From Basidiobolus meristosporus CBS 931.73 (Eukaryota > Fungi > Basidiobolomycota), in assembly GCA_002104905.1 (NCBI GenBank), contig MCFE01000085.1:62001-126000 (forward strand): a stretch of 64,000 bases of DNA, given 5' to 3'. Under the pieces are notes generated by a model that saw only the letters and a program-made list of their open reading frames with translations, ran no database searches and was not told the DNA's origin. The translations under genes and the position numbers were made by a program. Shown piece by piece: positions 1 through 11,859 of this stretch (positions are counted from its first letter, which is position 1; every line of letters begins with the position of its first letter).

Positions 1-1221
1 TAGTGATAAAGGAAAAGGTAAAGGGAAGAATGTCTATCCAGGCCTGAGACAGGGAGGCATGCTAGAAAAGCTGCAGTTCTTTCCAATTAGCACTGTAAGT
101 CCAGAACAGACTGAATCCCATCATAGCTAACAAGAATTACCAACAAGAAACCAGCTACTTTCACACAAGTTGGAAGTGCAGTCAGTTGAGCTACACTCCA
201 GCAAGGTAGTTGATTTTACTGAGAAAGGCAATTTGTCTGCCACAGCCTCCACATCCTCCATTGTTGTCAGAGTGGAGATCCCACTGGCAGACAAGGCTAC
301 AATGTCAAGAGCTCAAAAGACTATCACAATGCCTTCAGTGGAATTTTGGAACATTAACAGGCACACCAAGAGGTTGCAGCACTTCTTCAAGAGCGGTGCT
401 CAAGAAAATGCACTGGAATATTGCAAGGGTTTATTGCAAAGACTGGCAGATGAGGTGCTAGACCTTGCAGTGCTGGCTGAAGACCAGGATGTGTGGGAAC
501 CAGTGAATGAACAGAGGCACAAAGACATTGGGTTCCTACCAAAGTTGTGGAACCAGAGCATTACAGCAGAAATACTCACTGAGTGGTAGATTTTAATGGA
601 GTTACTTGTTGAGTGTGGGGTTGGACTTAATGTTAGTGTAGGGTATAGGGACTTGAATAGGCCAACATAATTGGCAATTGAGGTACAACTGAAGCTTCAA
701 TGGAAATAAATCAATTTGTATGCATGAAAAGTAAGAGAAACAGTTGAGTCAGGAAGTATGGAGTGTGTAAAAGAGGCAATAGCCAATCAATGCACAATAA
801 CATTGGAGGCAATAGTGTGTCCAGGGTATAGAGACTTGCATAGGTCAATACAATAGGCAATTGGGGTAAAACTGAAGTTTCAACAGAAATAAATCAGTTT
901 GTACGCATGAAAAGTAGAGAAATGGTTGAGTCAGGAAGTATGGAGTGTGTAAAAGAGGCAATAGCCAACCAATTCACACAAACATAGGAGGTGATAGAGT
1001 GTTTGAGATCAGGATGTGAGTAATTGGCAGGGAACTAATCAAAAGCCACTTATACATTGTTGTGATGAAAAATTTTGACTAAGTTTTTTGTGAAATGTGG
1101 GGTGCAATTGTTTTTCAATGATCTCTGGATGGTGTCTCAATGGGATCAGTATCTCATAGTCACAGGACTTTAACTTTGTGACAGCCTTTTGATGGGATCA
1201 CCTCAATAATCTTTCATAGGG
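1..1221 (+). mobile_element. CACTA-like family A, copy A1 (3' part of ORF2 plus right terminus)
   Basis: ORF 170-589 (EVQSVELHSSK...WNINRHTKRLQHFFKS) recurs at ~6.8, 14.1, 37.6 and 41.7 kb. The copy ends in CTTTCATAGGG (1211-1221), the right TIR seen in other copies. The tail carries a ~185-bp tandem duplication (~636-823 / 824-1007). Confidence 0.85.
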
Positions 1222-2525
1222 TGCCCATGAAAACCTTCTTAATTGGAATTTCATGTTATTGAGTAAAAAGTTCTTTTGGTGTATAAAGTGCTGAGATGCT
1301 CCACAGTCAATATACCACATCTGAGAATCCTTGATTGTAGTCATACTTAGTGCAGATATGTATAGTCTGTCTTCAATTGTTAAACCATTTCTATATTCAG
1401 CTTCTTTTGCTGATTATCTTTCTTTTTGAGATGCCGGTCTGATGTGAGTCCTTTCCTTTTGCAATAGTTACACAACAGGTTGCTGTTGTCTTTGTAGGGT
1501 CTTGGGTACCTCCTTTGCTGGCTATCATTGCTCATTAAAGCACTTTCCTCTTCCTTCTTATTGGTGCTTGATTTTCTTAATTCTTCATCCAGGAGCATTC
1601 CATATATGTAATTTAAGGTCAAATCTTCAGTTCTGCACTAGGGCTGATACAGGGTCCCAAAACTTGTCTGTCAGGCTATTCAGGATGGTAACTATCACAT
1701 CCTCATCAGTAGTTGCTGCGCCCACATATTCCAATTCATCTACCAGCAGGGTAATTTTGTTATTCAGACTTTTCATTTGTTCTCCTGGCAGCATCTTTGT
1801 AGTAAGAATTTTTGTCTCCGATACATTTTCTTAGCAGCTGAATATGACTGGTAGGTGTCTTCTAATGCCTTCCAGGCATTCTTTGCCATTTTTGCTCTTA
1901 AGCATTGAATTTGCAATTTGTCCTTAACATTATGGCAACTGCAGTTAAAGGCACTTCGTCCTTTTTTCTGGTACTTTAAGGTTTCCTCTCACATGTTTTT
2001 AGGAGAGCATTCTTCTCCCATGACAATATCCCAAAGGCCTCTTTCTTATAGCAGCATCTTCATCTTCACCTTCCACATATGGTGGTTAGAGCCATCCAAC
2101 TTTTCAGCAGAGGGAAAAATTCCAGTAATAGCAGTGGTAGACATTGCAGATAGTGACAGCTTGAGGCATGTAGCCTGTTGTAATAGTCATGGAGATATTG
2201 GAAGTGATTGGAAGGACAAGTAGAATATGTTGTTTTTCACTTGATGATTTATTGAATGTAAAAGTAGTGTTTATACTTTTACATGATCTTGGCATTACAA
2301 GCACTTAGAATAGGTTAAGAGAGATCCCCAGAACATGTGTGCAAAGTTTGGGGCTGTTTGGACAATTTTGAGAATTTTCATTTGCTGGGCACCAAGTACT
2401 TTGGTGAAAATATTGTAAGTAAATCCCAACAAGGAATTTGGTCAGTATTCTCTAGGATTTGAGGATAATGATCTAAGTGACTAAGTTAGGTAAATATATA
2501 GGTGGAATTACAGATTTTTGTAACA
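1222..2525 (-). mobile_element. Ty1/copia family C2 5' remnant (gag/protease start, PBS-like site, LTR 2176-2525)
   Basis: Minus-strand gag peptides (LDGSNHHMWKVKMKMLL..., MTLNYIYGMLLDEELRK) are homologous to 44.9-45.7 kb. The 350-bp TGTTG...TAACA block matches the LTRs at 45732-46080 and 46168-46516. Confidence 0.8.
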
Positions 2526-5090
2526 CATTTGTCCTCAGTATTTTCAAACTCTTCCTGGCTGTCCTCCATGTGCCAACTCATCATATCCATGATGGACTTG
2601 AAGGTAATATTCTTGATGAGATTGGGATATGGTAGTACCTGCAACTTGACTTGTCTTCCTATCTCCCCACACATCTGCTCCATAGAAAACTCCTAAAAGG
2701 TCAAGAAAGGCCCAATATTCTCCACACACCATGTAAGATGGAGTAGAAAATGGATACAGTAGTGGCAAAGATCTATGTGTTCAGCTTTATGTTTGTAGTA
2801 TAGCCACTCAAATCCTGTCATAAACTTGTTGCACAACCCTAAGAAAAAAAATTGAGAAAAGGCCCGCAAAATACCATCATAGTATCAGCTGAATTCCAAG
2901 TTCCTCAAAATTGACAATTCTCAATATCCCTGTTCTGAGCTGATGGGAAGGCAAGCAAACAAGTTCTCCAGGAGACTAGGCAAACTAGCATCCATACCAA
3001 ATTTGGTGATTAGCTGCCCATTACTTTCACTAAAAATTGCATTTGAAATTTTGAGCCCAAAACACCAGCTGAATACCGGCAAAATACCCTCAGAATACCA
3101 GCAGAATACCAGCTAAAAATCAGATAAATTCCAAGTTTGGAATTTTTCATAGGGACAACAGTTGTAGATGCATCAGGTTGGCATTGGTAATCTGCTTCTG
3201 GATAAATATTCCTACTATGTCCACATATGACTCCTAATGCTCCCAATGCACTCTTGGTAGGAATGGCTTCAGAACATCACTTGAATAAATACATACCCAG
3301 CACATCCAGTCATTGCATTTATATTGTTGCATATGCATATGAATATTGATTGGCACCTGTGAGAAGTACATAGGGTAGCAGATACTCTATAATATCTTGC
3401 CAATTCTTTCAAATTTCTCCAGTACCTCAAAGGGCATATTTAGCTTGAAATGCCCCATAAAGAACTTGGTATTAGTGTAGGGATATTGTTGAAAAGCAAA
3501 TGCATTGCTCCTAGTGGAAAGCTTTTGCTCCAACAGATACCCTCTATGTTAAGTATCTCCAGTCTCTGATTGATTCCATATTCTGGCCAATGCATATAGC
3601 CTGCCAACTTTGCTGCAATTGCATGCTGACTTTTGTATGTTCTCTCTGTGGAGAGATGGTGTTCTTAGTGCTGGTATTTGGGTAATAATAATGTGTGTGA
3701 GTTATGGAGTAAATCCCCTGGATCTCACACATTTGAGAGCAATACCATCCATTGTGCTGGGAAAAGCCTGCTATTGTGCTGATGGCTTGGGTAACTCTAA
3801 TGCAGATAATAATATGCGCTTTTACATGATGGCTATTGACTGTTATCCTGCTGGAAAGCATATGAAATTCATCTAGCAGTGGATACAGGTTGCTATCCAG
3901 GTTGGATGGTGATTAAGGCCCAGATACCAGTGATACTACCATCAGATTATTGATCTGATACCGTTAGATGGGCAGCAGATTGAAGTTGATGGGAATCAGT
4001 AGCCAGCAGGATTTGCTGGTAGAGTACTTGTTTCATGAGAATCCATCAAGTGCTAAAGAAAAGGCATGGCCATACATACCTTCAAAGTAGCCCTTGCTTA
4101 TTAGCTGTTTGTAATGTTTGCCATCAAATATATTAGATAGGTTTGCTCTTGATTGATGCTGTGTGTGGTACTGTATAGCTTTGCAATATTTGTTGGACTG
4201 CATCATCTTCCTCAGACAGGGTATGACCAGAATATATCCAAAGAGTGAACAATGTTTTCCCTCAATGGTGGTGAAGTCCCGACAATTTGGACATGTTGCA
4301 ATGGTAGCATTTTTGGATGTGAATGCCATGCAACTGCTAACATATGCTAGAATCAGGACAGTCTCTGGATCATATGTTACCAGCTGCACAAGGGTTGTCC
4401 ACTTGCACCATGTACATGGTAAGTTGCATCCTGGTATGATTTTGGCAAGAAGTAGTAATAAATCCTCAAAGCCCCTGTTACTGATAGTAGTGGAAATGAG
4501 CCACTTCTCTAGCCACATCATCACATCATTACATCATATACCAGTAACTGGATTACTGGGCTCACTTGGCTCCATAAAGTATCCTTGGCACTTGTTTCAA
4601 CAGGTGTTGTCTCATTGCATATAGCAACTTGACCAGAATCATAAATGGTACTGTTGTTAGGGGAGATAGGCTCAAAATCCATCAGTGAACCTTCTCTGTC
4701 AGAGCTATCACTCTGCGTGCCATATTTAGAAGGCGGAGGTGGGCCTAAAGGTGTCACAAACTCACCCAACTCAGTTTGCCCAAGGTGACAAAGACAGACA
4801 GGTACCAATATAGAAGTATCAACTAACTGGCAAGATAATGTTGGTATAATAGTGACCAATGAATGGTCAAATGTAACTTGGGTGGCAAAACACTGGCCAT
4901 GATCCTTTTAGTACTTCCTATGCTGTCTGAGTGCTTCATGGCTGAGAGGCTTGCCACAATAGCCACATGGTCTTTTTCTCTTTGCTTACAGCAATGAGTC
5001 AAAGTAGTCTTGTCCATAAGGCAAACAGTTTGACCCTCAACAATGTAATGCTATTATATCTCCTTTTGGTCAGTACTCATGTGAACTTAA
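2526..5090 (-). pseudogene. CACTA/En-Spm (Tnp2 / Transposase_21-like) transposase, disrupted
   Basis: Minus-strand motifs read across stops and frameshifts: NIFDGKHYK...FSLALDGFS, CWLLIPINFNLLP, AHIIICIRVTQAISTIAGFSQHNGWYCSQMC, and FMTGFEWLYY...IHFLLHLTWCVENIGPFLTF*EFSMEQMCG. These match the conserved blocks of CACTA Tnp2 transposases (family call by motif recognition, no HMM run). Confidence 0.8.
2837..3154 (+). mobile_element. 318-bp MITE with family-A-type TIRs inserted in the A2 transposase
   Basis: Starts CCCTAAGAAAAA and ends TTTTTCATAGGG (11/12 inverted match), flanked by ACAA/ACAA. Removing it restores the frame ...MHLQLLCNKFMTGF. Confidence 0.9.
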
Positions 5091-5240
5091 GACAGTCTGG
5101 TATATCAGATATTGCACCTACATGAATGTAAGATTCAATGCTGAGCCACCATAGTAAGCATTATGAACAAAGTTCTAGTACCACATACAGAAGTATATGT
5201 CACACTATTTCCCCTTTAGTTTGACTCACTTCCATATATA

Positions 5241-7197
5241 TTCTGCCAAGAAATAAAGCAAAGTCATCTGGTTCCCAACCAAACACCACCACTGACAGCA
5301 ACAGAAGAATGGTTGGACAACAGCTTGCTTTGACACTCAGTACATCAAGTGGGGCTACATCCAAAAAAGGCCCAGTAGTCAGTGTGCCCATTGAAGGTAA
5401 TGATGCAGACTCCTCAGGCTCTCAGTCAAGTAGGCTATTGAGAACCTCTGCGGAGCCGCAAGCTGACTGTTATGCTCAGGAAGATGAGAATGTACCAAAC
5501 GCAGTACCCTCAGGTGAAGACCCACAAGTGGCTGTTATAGCATTACCACCACCTATATTAGCAAGTATATTGTCAGCTCATACCAAAGCATTAGTGAAGC
5601 ATTTAGGTGCAGTGGCTGAAAGGATAGATGCAATGGCCCAGAGAAATCAGGAAATTGTCCAGAAACAGGATAAGTGGATAATATTTGTAGAGCAATCAAT
5701 ATCCCAGGTAGAGAAAGCAGTATCTTTGCTGCAAAGAAGGAACAATAGCTGAATGTCATGGCCAAGAATTAAGCCATTTCCCAATGTAACAGCAGAGGAA
5801 CACCATGCAGTCTTTGAAGTACAACAACAGTGCCCAAAGATAAAGCCCACAGAAAAACCTATCACAGCATGGGAGGGAGACAATGTGGTGTTTATAACAG
5901 AGCCTGAAAATCAAAAGACATTGAAGATCCATGAAGCCATTGAGTGCAATAATCAAGAGTGGGCTAGTACTCATGAAGCCGTCAGAAGTCTAGCATGCCA
6001 TCACCTTTAGGCTGGCATACCATGCAACCATCAGGAACTCAAAGCCAAACAGAATGCATGTGACTTGTTCCATGAGCATTATCCAGGATTCAAATGGGCA
6101 AACAGATTTTGGGCCAGCATTGGTATGCTAAGAAAGTATCTTAAGAATAGCAGAAACTATCAAAGGCAGAAGTACAAGGGTGCCATGGCTAATAGCCAGT
6201 GGCTCTCTCAAGAGCCCATTACAAGCAGGGCCAAAAGCTCCAGACAAGTGTCAAAGATACGTCAGGTTGCTGGAAGAGTGGTAATTAGGGACAAGCAGGC
6301 AGACATGGATGCACCAGCACAACATTTATCAAAGAAAAAGCATAGTATCACTGAAGAAGAACACAGGCAAAGTAGCAGTGAAGGACCTGGCAGTGAAAAA
6401 ATCAGCAGCTTTTACAGGAGCCCATCACTACTATGGTTGAGAGCTCAAGACAAGCAGAAAACAAACAACAGGCTGCTGGAAGAGTGCCAGCAAGGGACAA
6501 GCAGGACAAAACAGATGTGTCAGAGCAATATCTATTGAGGAGAAAACATAGGTCTTTACAAGAAGCACTCAGACACAGTAGCAGTGAAAGACCTGGCAGT
6601 GATAAAGAAAAAGTAAAGGGCAGAGGTTTCACCCAAGCCTGTGACAGAGAGGCATGCAAAAAAACTGCAGTTGTTGCCAATCAACACCACAAGCCCAGAA
6701 CAGGCTGAATCCCAGCATAGCCAACAAGAATTATCAGCAATAAAGCACCTGTTTTCACAACAGTTGGAAGTGCAGCCAGTTGAGCTGCACTCCAGCAAGA
6801 TTGATGAGTTTACTGAAAAAGACAATTTGTCTACCACAGCCTCCACAGCCTCCATATCCGCAATTGTTGACAGAGTGGAGATCCAACTGACAGACAAGGC
6901 TACAATGTCAAGAGCTCAAAAGACTATCACAATGCCTTCAGTGGATTTTGGAACATTAATAGGCACACCAAGAGGTTGCAGCACTTCTTCAAGAGCAGTG
7001 CTCAAGAAATCACACTGGAATATTGCAAGGATTTATTGCAAAGACTGGCAGATGAGGTGCTAGACTTTGCAGTGCCGGCTGAAGACCAGGACATGTGGGA
7101 ACCATTGAATGAACAGTGGCATAAAGCTGTTGGGTTCCCACCAAAGTTGTGGAACCAGAGCATCACAGCAGAAATACTATTGAGTGGTGGATTTTAA
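5241..7197 (+). pseudogene. Family A ORF2, unknown accessory protein (~650 aa reconstructed), disrupted
   Basis: Fragments 5309-5752, 5753-6010, 6065-6538, 6433-6708, 6641-7063 and 6976-7197 tile one reading path that is conserved in other copies. An intact ATG (MPPKNKAK) is seen in copy A8 at 40752. Confidence 0.75.
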
Positions 7198-7819
7198 TGG
7201 AGTTACTTGTTGAGTGTGGGGTTGGGCTTGATGTTAGTCTAGGGTATAGGGACTTATATAGGTCAGTACAATTGGCAATTGAGGTACAACTGAAGTTTCA
7301 ATGGAAATAAATCAATTTGTATGCATGAAGAGTAAGAGAAACAGTTGAGTCAGGAAGTAAGGAGTGTGAAAAAGCGGTAATAGCCAATCAATGCACAAAA
7401 ACATTGGAGGCAATAGTGTGTCCAGGATCAGAAAGTGAGCAAATTGGCAGGAAACCAATCAAAAACCACTTAGACATTTTTGTGATGAAAATTTTGACTA
7501 AGTTTTTTTTGAAAACTGGGATGCAATTATTTTTCAACAATCTCTAGATGGTGTCCTGATGGGATCAGTACCTCTTAGTCACGGGACTTTAACATTGTGA
7601 CGGCCTTTTGACAGGATCATCTCAATAAGTTTTCATTGCAAGGTATCCAAATCTGTCACTATGGTCCCTATACCAAGTCTCCACTCTTCTTTGGTTCAAC
7701 CCTGACAAAACCCATCCCCCAGCTCACAAGCATGGTCTGGACCTGAGAAGTTAATGTTGAATCTGTTCAGGTCCTTACCAAATGATTTTGGTATGGCCCA
7801 AGTGTCTATGATAGCCTTC

Positions 7820-8321
7820 ATATAGATATTTGGGAACTACTTATTATTCTAGCAGAACTAGATATCTCAGAGAGTCAACAGAGATAGAAAACCTAAGTAG
7901 AATGCTGTGGCATGAGTTCCACATCAAGATGCCAGTGGATGTATGTAAGTAGATATATAATAAGATAAGTATTGAAATCAAGAATGAGCTGAAAGTGAAG
8001 GGATTTGATGAGGAAGTTGTGTGGACACAATTTTGCAAACAATTTGCACAGTACAGGCTGGAAAGATCTGTTCATGCCTCAACTTTGGGAGCCAAAAAGA
8101 TTTTGGATGAGTTTTTGCCTCAAATGACTAATTCATTACATGATATATTAGTAGAGCTAAGTGGCTTCCAAGAGCAATATAAACAGAATGCATTCAGGCA
8201 GCAGTTCCAAAGTATCAGACAGAGGGTAAGTGAATACTTTGAGCAATCAGAAGGTGAGTTTCAGGAGGAAAATATGTTGAAATATTTAGAGAGATATATT
8301 GGAAGTGAATTGGAGAATTAG
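7820..8321 (+). pseudogene. Unidentified degenerate ORF (probably TE-derived)
   Basis: ORF 7995-8321 extends upstream in frame through one TAG (YRYLGTTYY...MLWHEFHIKMPVDVCK*IYNK...KGFDEEVVW). It is CpG-depleted and I recognise no family. Confidence 0.35.
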
Positions 8322-8399
8322 AAGATTTACATGATATTCACTTGTGGTTTTATTGAGTTACAACATAGTATTTATTCCCATTGCAGACCTATGTAAATG

Positions 8400-8580
8400 T
8401 AACTATTTGATAACTGCTAGGGGAGTCTCAGGAGTACATGTGCTAAGTTTCAGCACATTTGAACAAGTTTCAAATTTTCCTAAAATTCTGTACTTCTCTA
8501 TTTGTGATAATTAGTAAATATCTTACAAACTAATTTCTAGGTTGATAATCTGAAAGACATCATTTCACTAAGTGCTAGTT
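8400..8580 (-). repeat. Diverged LTR fragment related to 49099-49418 and the C2 LTRs
   Basis: CATGTGCTAAGTTTCAGCACATTTGAACAAGTTT and ACTAATTTCTAGG...AATCTGA resemble the reverse complement of 49099-49418. Confidence 0.4.
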
Positions 8581-8621
8581 CATAGTATATTAATAATTAG
8601 GTGCACTCCTAATTATTTCAA

Positions 8622-9135
8622 CAGAATACAGACTGCAAGCAACAGCGTTTAGATTGCGCCAGCATGCCTTGCTAGATTCCTTACCATCTCTTGCAACTTC
8701 AGCACACCAGTGCACTTCAGTCCAAGCTATGCCAACACCCATCATAAGAGTGCCCTGCATCAAGTCAACAAGTGTTGGGTCAATGCGTGCACTTCCAAGC
8801 AAAACCACCAGAACTCACCAAACTGCTCATTTAGACACATGTCCATTGGAGCACACCAAGTTACATCAACCAGCAGCATCACATCAAACTCAGCTAAGGG
8901 CCAAGCCAGTGCATCAAATTGCATCTGTATGTGCCATTACACCTGATCATCAGCAAATTTCATCTGGTGAACATACTGATGATGACCCACATGAAGTGCT
9001 TCCACCACCAGAGTCTTTGGCAAGTGAAAGAACACATCAACATGTAGCACTGCAGGCTGGTTCAGCAGCATCATCCAGGGCAATTAAGCGCAGCCAAGCT
9101 GCAGCATTGCACTTATCAACTAGGTGGCACAAGAC
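8622..9135 (+). repeat. Segment A of the Harbinger-associated repeat (Ser/Thr/His/Gln-rich ORF fragment)
   Basis: ORF 8654-9142 is colinear with minus ORF 9893-10477 (HLDT.PLE...ITPDHQ..SSGE.TDDDP.EVLPP.E.LAS.RTHQHVALQA). Confidence 0.8.
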
Positions 9136-9145
9136 TTGTTGAATT

Positions 9146-10510
9146 TGTATCATGCCAGGGGACGCCACGTAATCTGCCGCCTTTAAGAACAATTGGGCAC
9201 AATATTATTGCTACCAGTAGGCAGGATTACTCTTGGACAATTTTGCGCCATGTGGGACAATCTTGCACACTATGGCACAATCTGACACAATGAGGTTGGC
9301 ATGGATGACTGTGCAAACTTGTAATGTATACATCATATGTGCAATTGGATACTACTATTATGGTAAGTAAAATCTGGTATTTGGATATGTTTCTTCAATA
9401 TAAATGGAAATAAATGCGTATCACAATATAAACTACTCTGATACTTATCATTTTGGTAACCATCACTCCAATTGGATGGTATCTCAGCAGTTAGTTGGTC
9501 CAATAATATCCTGAAGCTATCAACCCCCCATAGACTTTTTGACCAATTCACAAGCTACCTGATTTGCCATCAAATATCCCATTTTGCCCATTGAGCAGGT
9601 AAATATCCTGATCCTAGTAATTATACAAGGTGTCATAGCTAGCACATAACCAATCAAATAGGTGCAAAACAGATCAAATGGCCGCACTGGTGTAACAGAT
9701 GATGTTTATATATGCAGGGTGTATATTTATAGGGGTTCTGTCTCAAATATGAGACAGCCTTGATATTGCTTATATCAAAATTTAGTGATCACTGATTTTC
9801 AATGGCTTAATTTGGATTGCAAAAAAATGCGTTGTTTGGATCATGGTAACTAATAGTGGTTCAATGCAGTCTCATCATCTTCTCCTAGGTTTTTATCTAA
9901 CAGGGATTACTACTGAAGTATTTGTTAGTGTATCACTTTGCACACCTAAACTACTTCCTTGTTGACTATCCTCTTGGCTACTTGTGTATTTGTAGTCAGT
10001 ATTTTGCCTCCTAGTTGATGAGTGCAATGCTGCAGCTTGGCAATGCTCAATTGCTCCAGATGATGCTACTGAACTGGCCTGCAGTGCTACATGCTGATGC
10101 GTTCTTTTACTTGCCAAAGGCTCTTTTGGTGGAAGCACTTCTTGTGGGTCATCATCAGTCAATTCACCAGAAGAAACTAGCTGATGGTCAGGTGTAATGG
10201 CATATGCAGGTGCAACTTGATGCGCTGGCATGGCCCTTTGCTGAGTTTGATGTGATGCCACTGATTGACACAACTCAGCCCACTCCAATGGACTTGTGTC
10301 TAAATGAGTGGTTTGGCAAGTTCTGGCAGTTTTGCTCTGAAGCATGTGTGTTGACCTGATATGGATTGACCTGATGCAAGGCACTTTGTGAAGGGTGTTG
10401 GCATTGTTTGGGCTGACATGTTCCAGTGTGCTGAAGTTGCCAGGGAAGGTATGAAATCCAGCAAGGAGTGCTGGCATGATCTAGATGCAGTTACTTGTGG
10501 TCTGTATTCT
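9146..10510 (-). repeat. Inverted copy of segments A+B (left arm of the DDE_Tnp_4 locus)
   Basis: 9990-10510 is the reverse complement of 8622-9135; 9146-9990 is the reverse complement of 11860-12716. Confidence 0.8.
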
Positions 10511-10785
10511 TTGAGTTTTCCATATATTATGCATGATGCAATCCAAGATGCATCAACATGGATTAGATCTCATCAATTGCATATCTCCTATTTGACTATA
10601 GACTTGTGTGTAAAACATCAATAAAAGTATCAAGTCATTGCTTAAGGATGATTTTTGCAACATAATGAAGGGATGCATGGCCATTGATGGATGTTTAATC
10701 ATAATGAGTGGAAAATCAGATAAACAAAGCTGATTGTGCCAAATCAAATGAATACACCTCAGCCTGATCACCTATCAATTGTAAT

Positions 10786-11600
10786 ATGACTTACTCATCT
10801 GAATGGTATTATCTCATCAATCCCATTGCTACCACTGGATTTCCTTTTGAAACACTAGAGGAGATCTATACTAAGTACTGTGGACCATCTACCCCAATCT
10901 ACCCAAGGAGATCCCTTGTTAAGCTTCTCTGCTATTACAACAACTATTGCCCCACAAGGTTTCATCCCACCATCTATGGCAACAAAAGCCATAGAAACTT
11001 TTATTCCCAGCTGACAGCAATGGGAAAACACCTTGGAGAGGGTATGAATGACTTGGAGCAAGCTTGGAGTACAAGGTTCAGAAGCTTCAATAGACTTCCA
11101 CATCTCAGAGCATTCAGCAACAGGTTCCATATCAGGAGTAATTTGGATACCTTCCCAGTCAGGATTAACAGGACTTCTACAGGGCAGAGGTACTTTATTC
11201 CGGCAAGTGCAGGGTACACTGTGTGAAGTTTAAAGCACTGTCTGACATTGAGGGTAACATCATCTAGCTTAGTGGGCCATTTGCTGGAAGTAGGAATGAC
11301 AAAGCACTCTGGGTAGAGAATTTTCCCAAATTCAGTAGAGGGGAGAAATGCATGGCAGACTTAGCTTATATAGGAGAGGGTTGTCAGAGACTAGGATGTA
11401 TTATAGCATATAGGAAGCCAAGGAATGGTGTGCTTAGCAGGAGGCAGAAGCTCTACATTGAGATATTTAATCATTCTGAGAGAGGGTGGAGCATATATCT
11501 GGACATCTACAGAGATTCAGCATATTGGCTGGTAAATTCAGAGGAAAGTCATATATAGGAGAAAACAGCAGAATAAGTAAAACAGTTACAATACTTATCA
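10786..11600 (+). pseudogene. PIF/Harbinger/ISL2EU-type DDE transposase (DDE_Tnp_4-like), frameshifted
   Basis: Joined frames read LDTFPVRI...YSGKCRVHCVKFKALSDIEGNII*LSGPFAGSRND...MADLAYIG...YRKPRNGVLS...ERVEHISGHLQRFSILAGKFRG. All three acidic-triad motifs of the family are present. Confidence 0.85.
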
Positions 11601-11859
11601 ATGTGCAGTATATTGATACAAGAAGACATCTACTGAGAGAAATGTGTCTGGAGCAATATGAAGAATAAATAAAGCAAGGAAAGAACTATTCTGAGCAACA
11701 TAAGTAAGATTGAGTAAAATTACCAGTAACTATATCCTACCACTGGCATTATGGTAGAAACTATAGTGCTGGATAGTGCCATAGCATGCCAGATCAATCC
11801 GGCATTATAAACAGGCTGGCAATATGCAGCACTATCTGAAGGAACAAGTATAGAATTCT

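Larger units (their letters stand above)
2526..7636. mobile_element. CACTA-like family A, copy A2 (most complete: transposase on -, ORF2 on +)
   Basis: Contains both pseudogenes in head-to-head orientation. The right tail matches A1/A8 up to ...AAGTTTTCAT (terminal AGGG missing). The left part is cut off by the C2 LTR at 2525. Confidence 0.85.

Noticed and set aside
590-1221. Protein-coding potential in the family A right tail (short ORFs such as 42069-42293, 42316-42498, 14724-14918)
   Set aside because: Frames are not preserved between copies and show no recognisable motifs; treated as non-coding subterminal DNA.
6215-6610. CRISPR-like or regularly spaced repeat array
   Set aside because: The units are ~200-bp degenerate coding duplications without short identical repeats and unique spacers; the context is eukaryotic.
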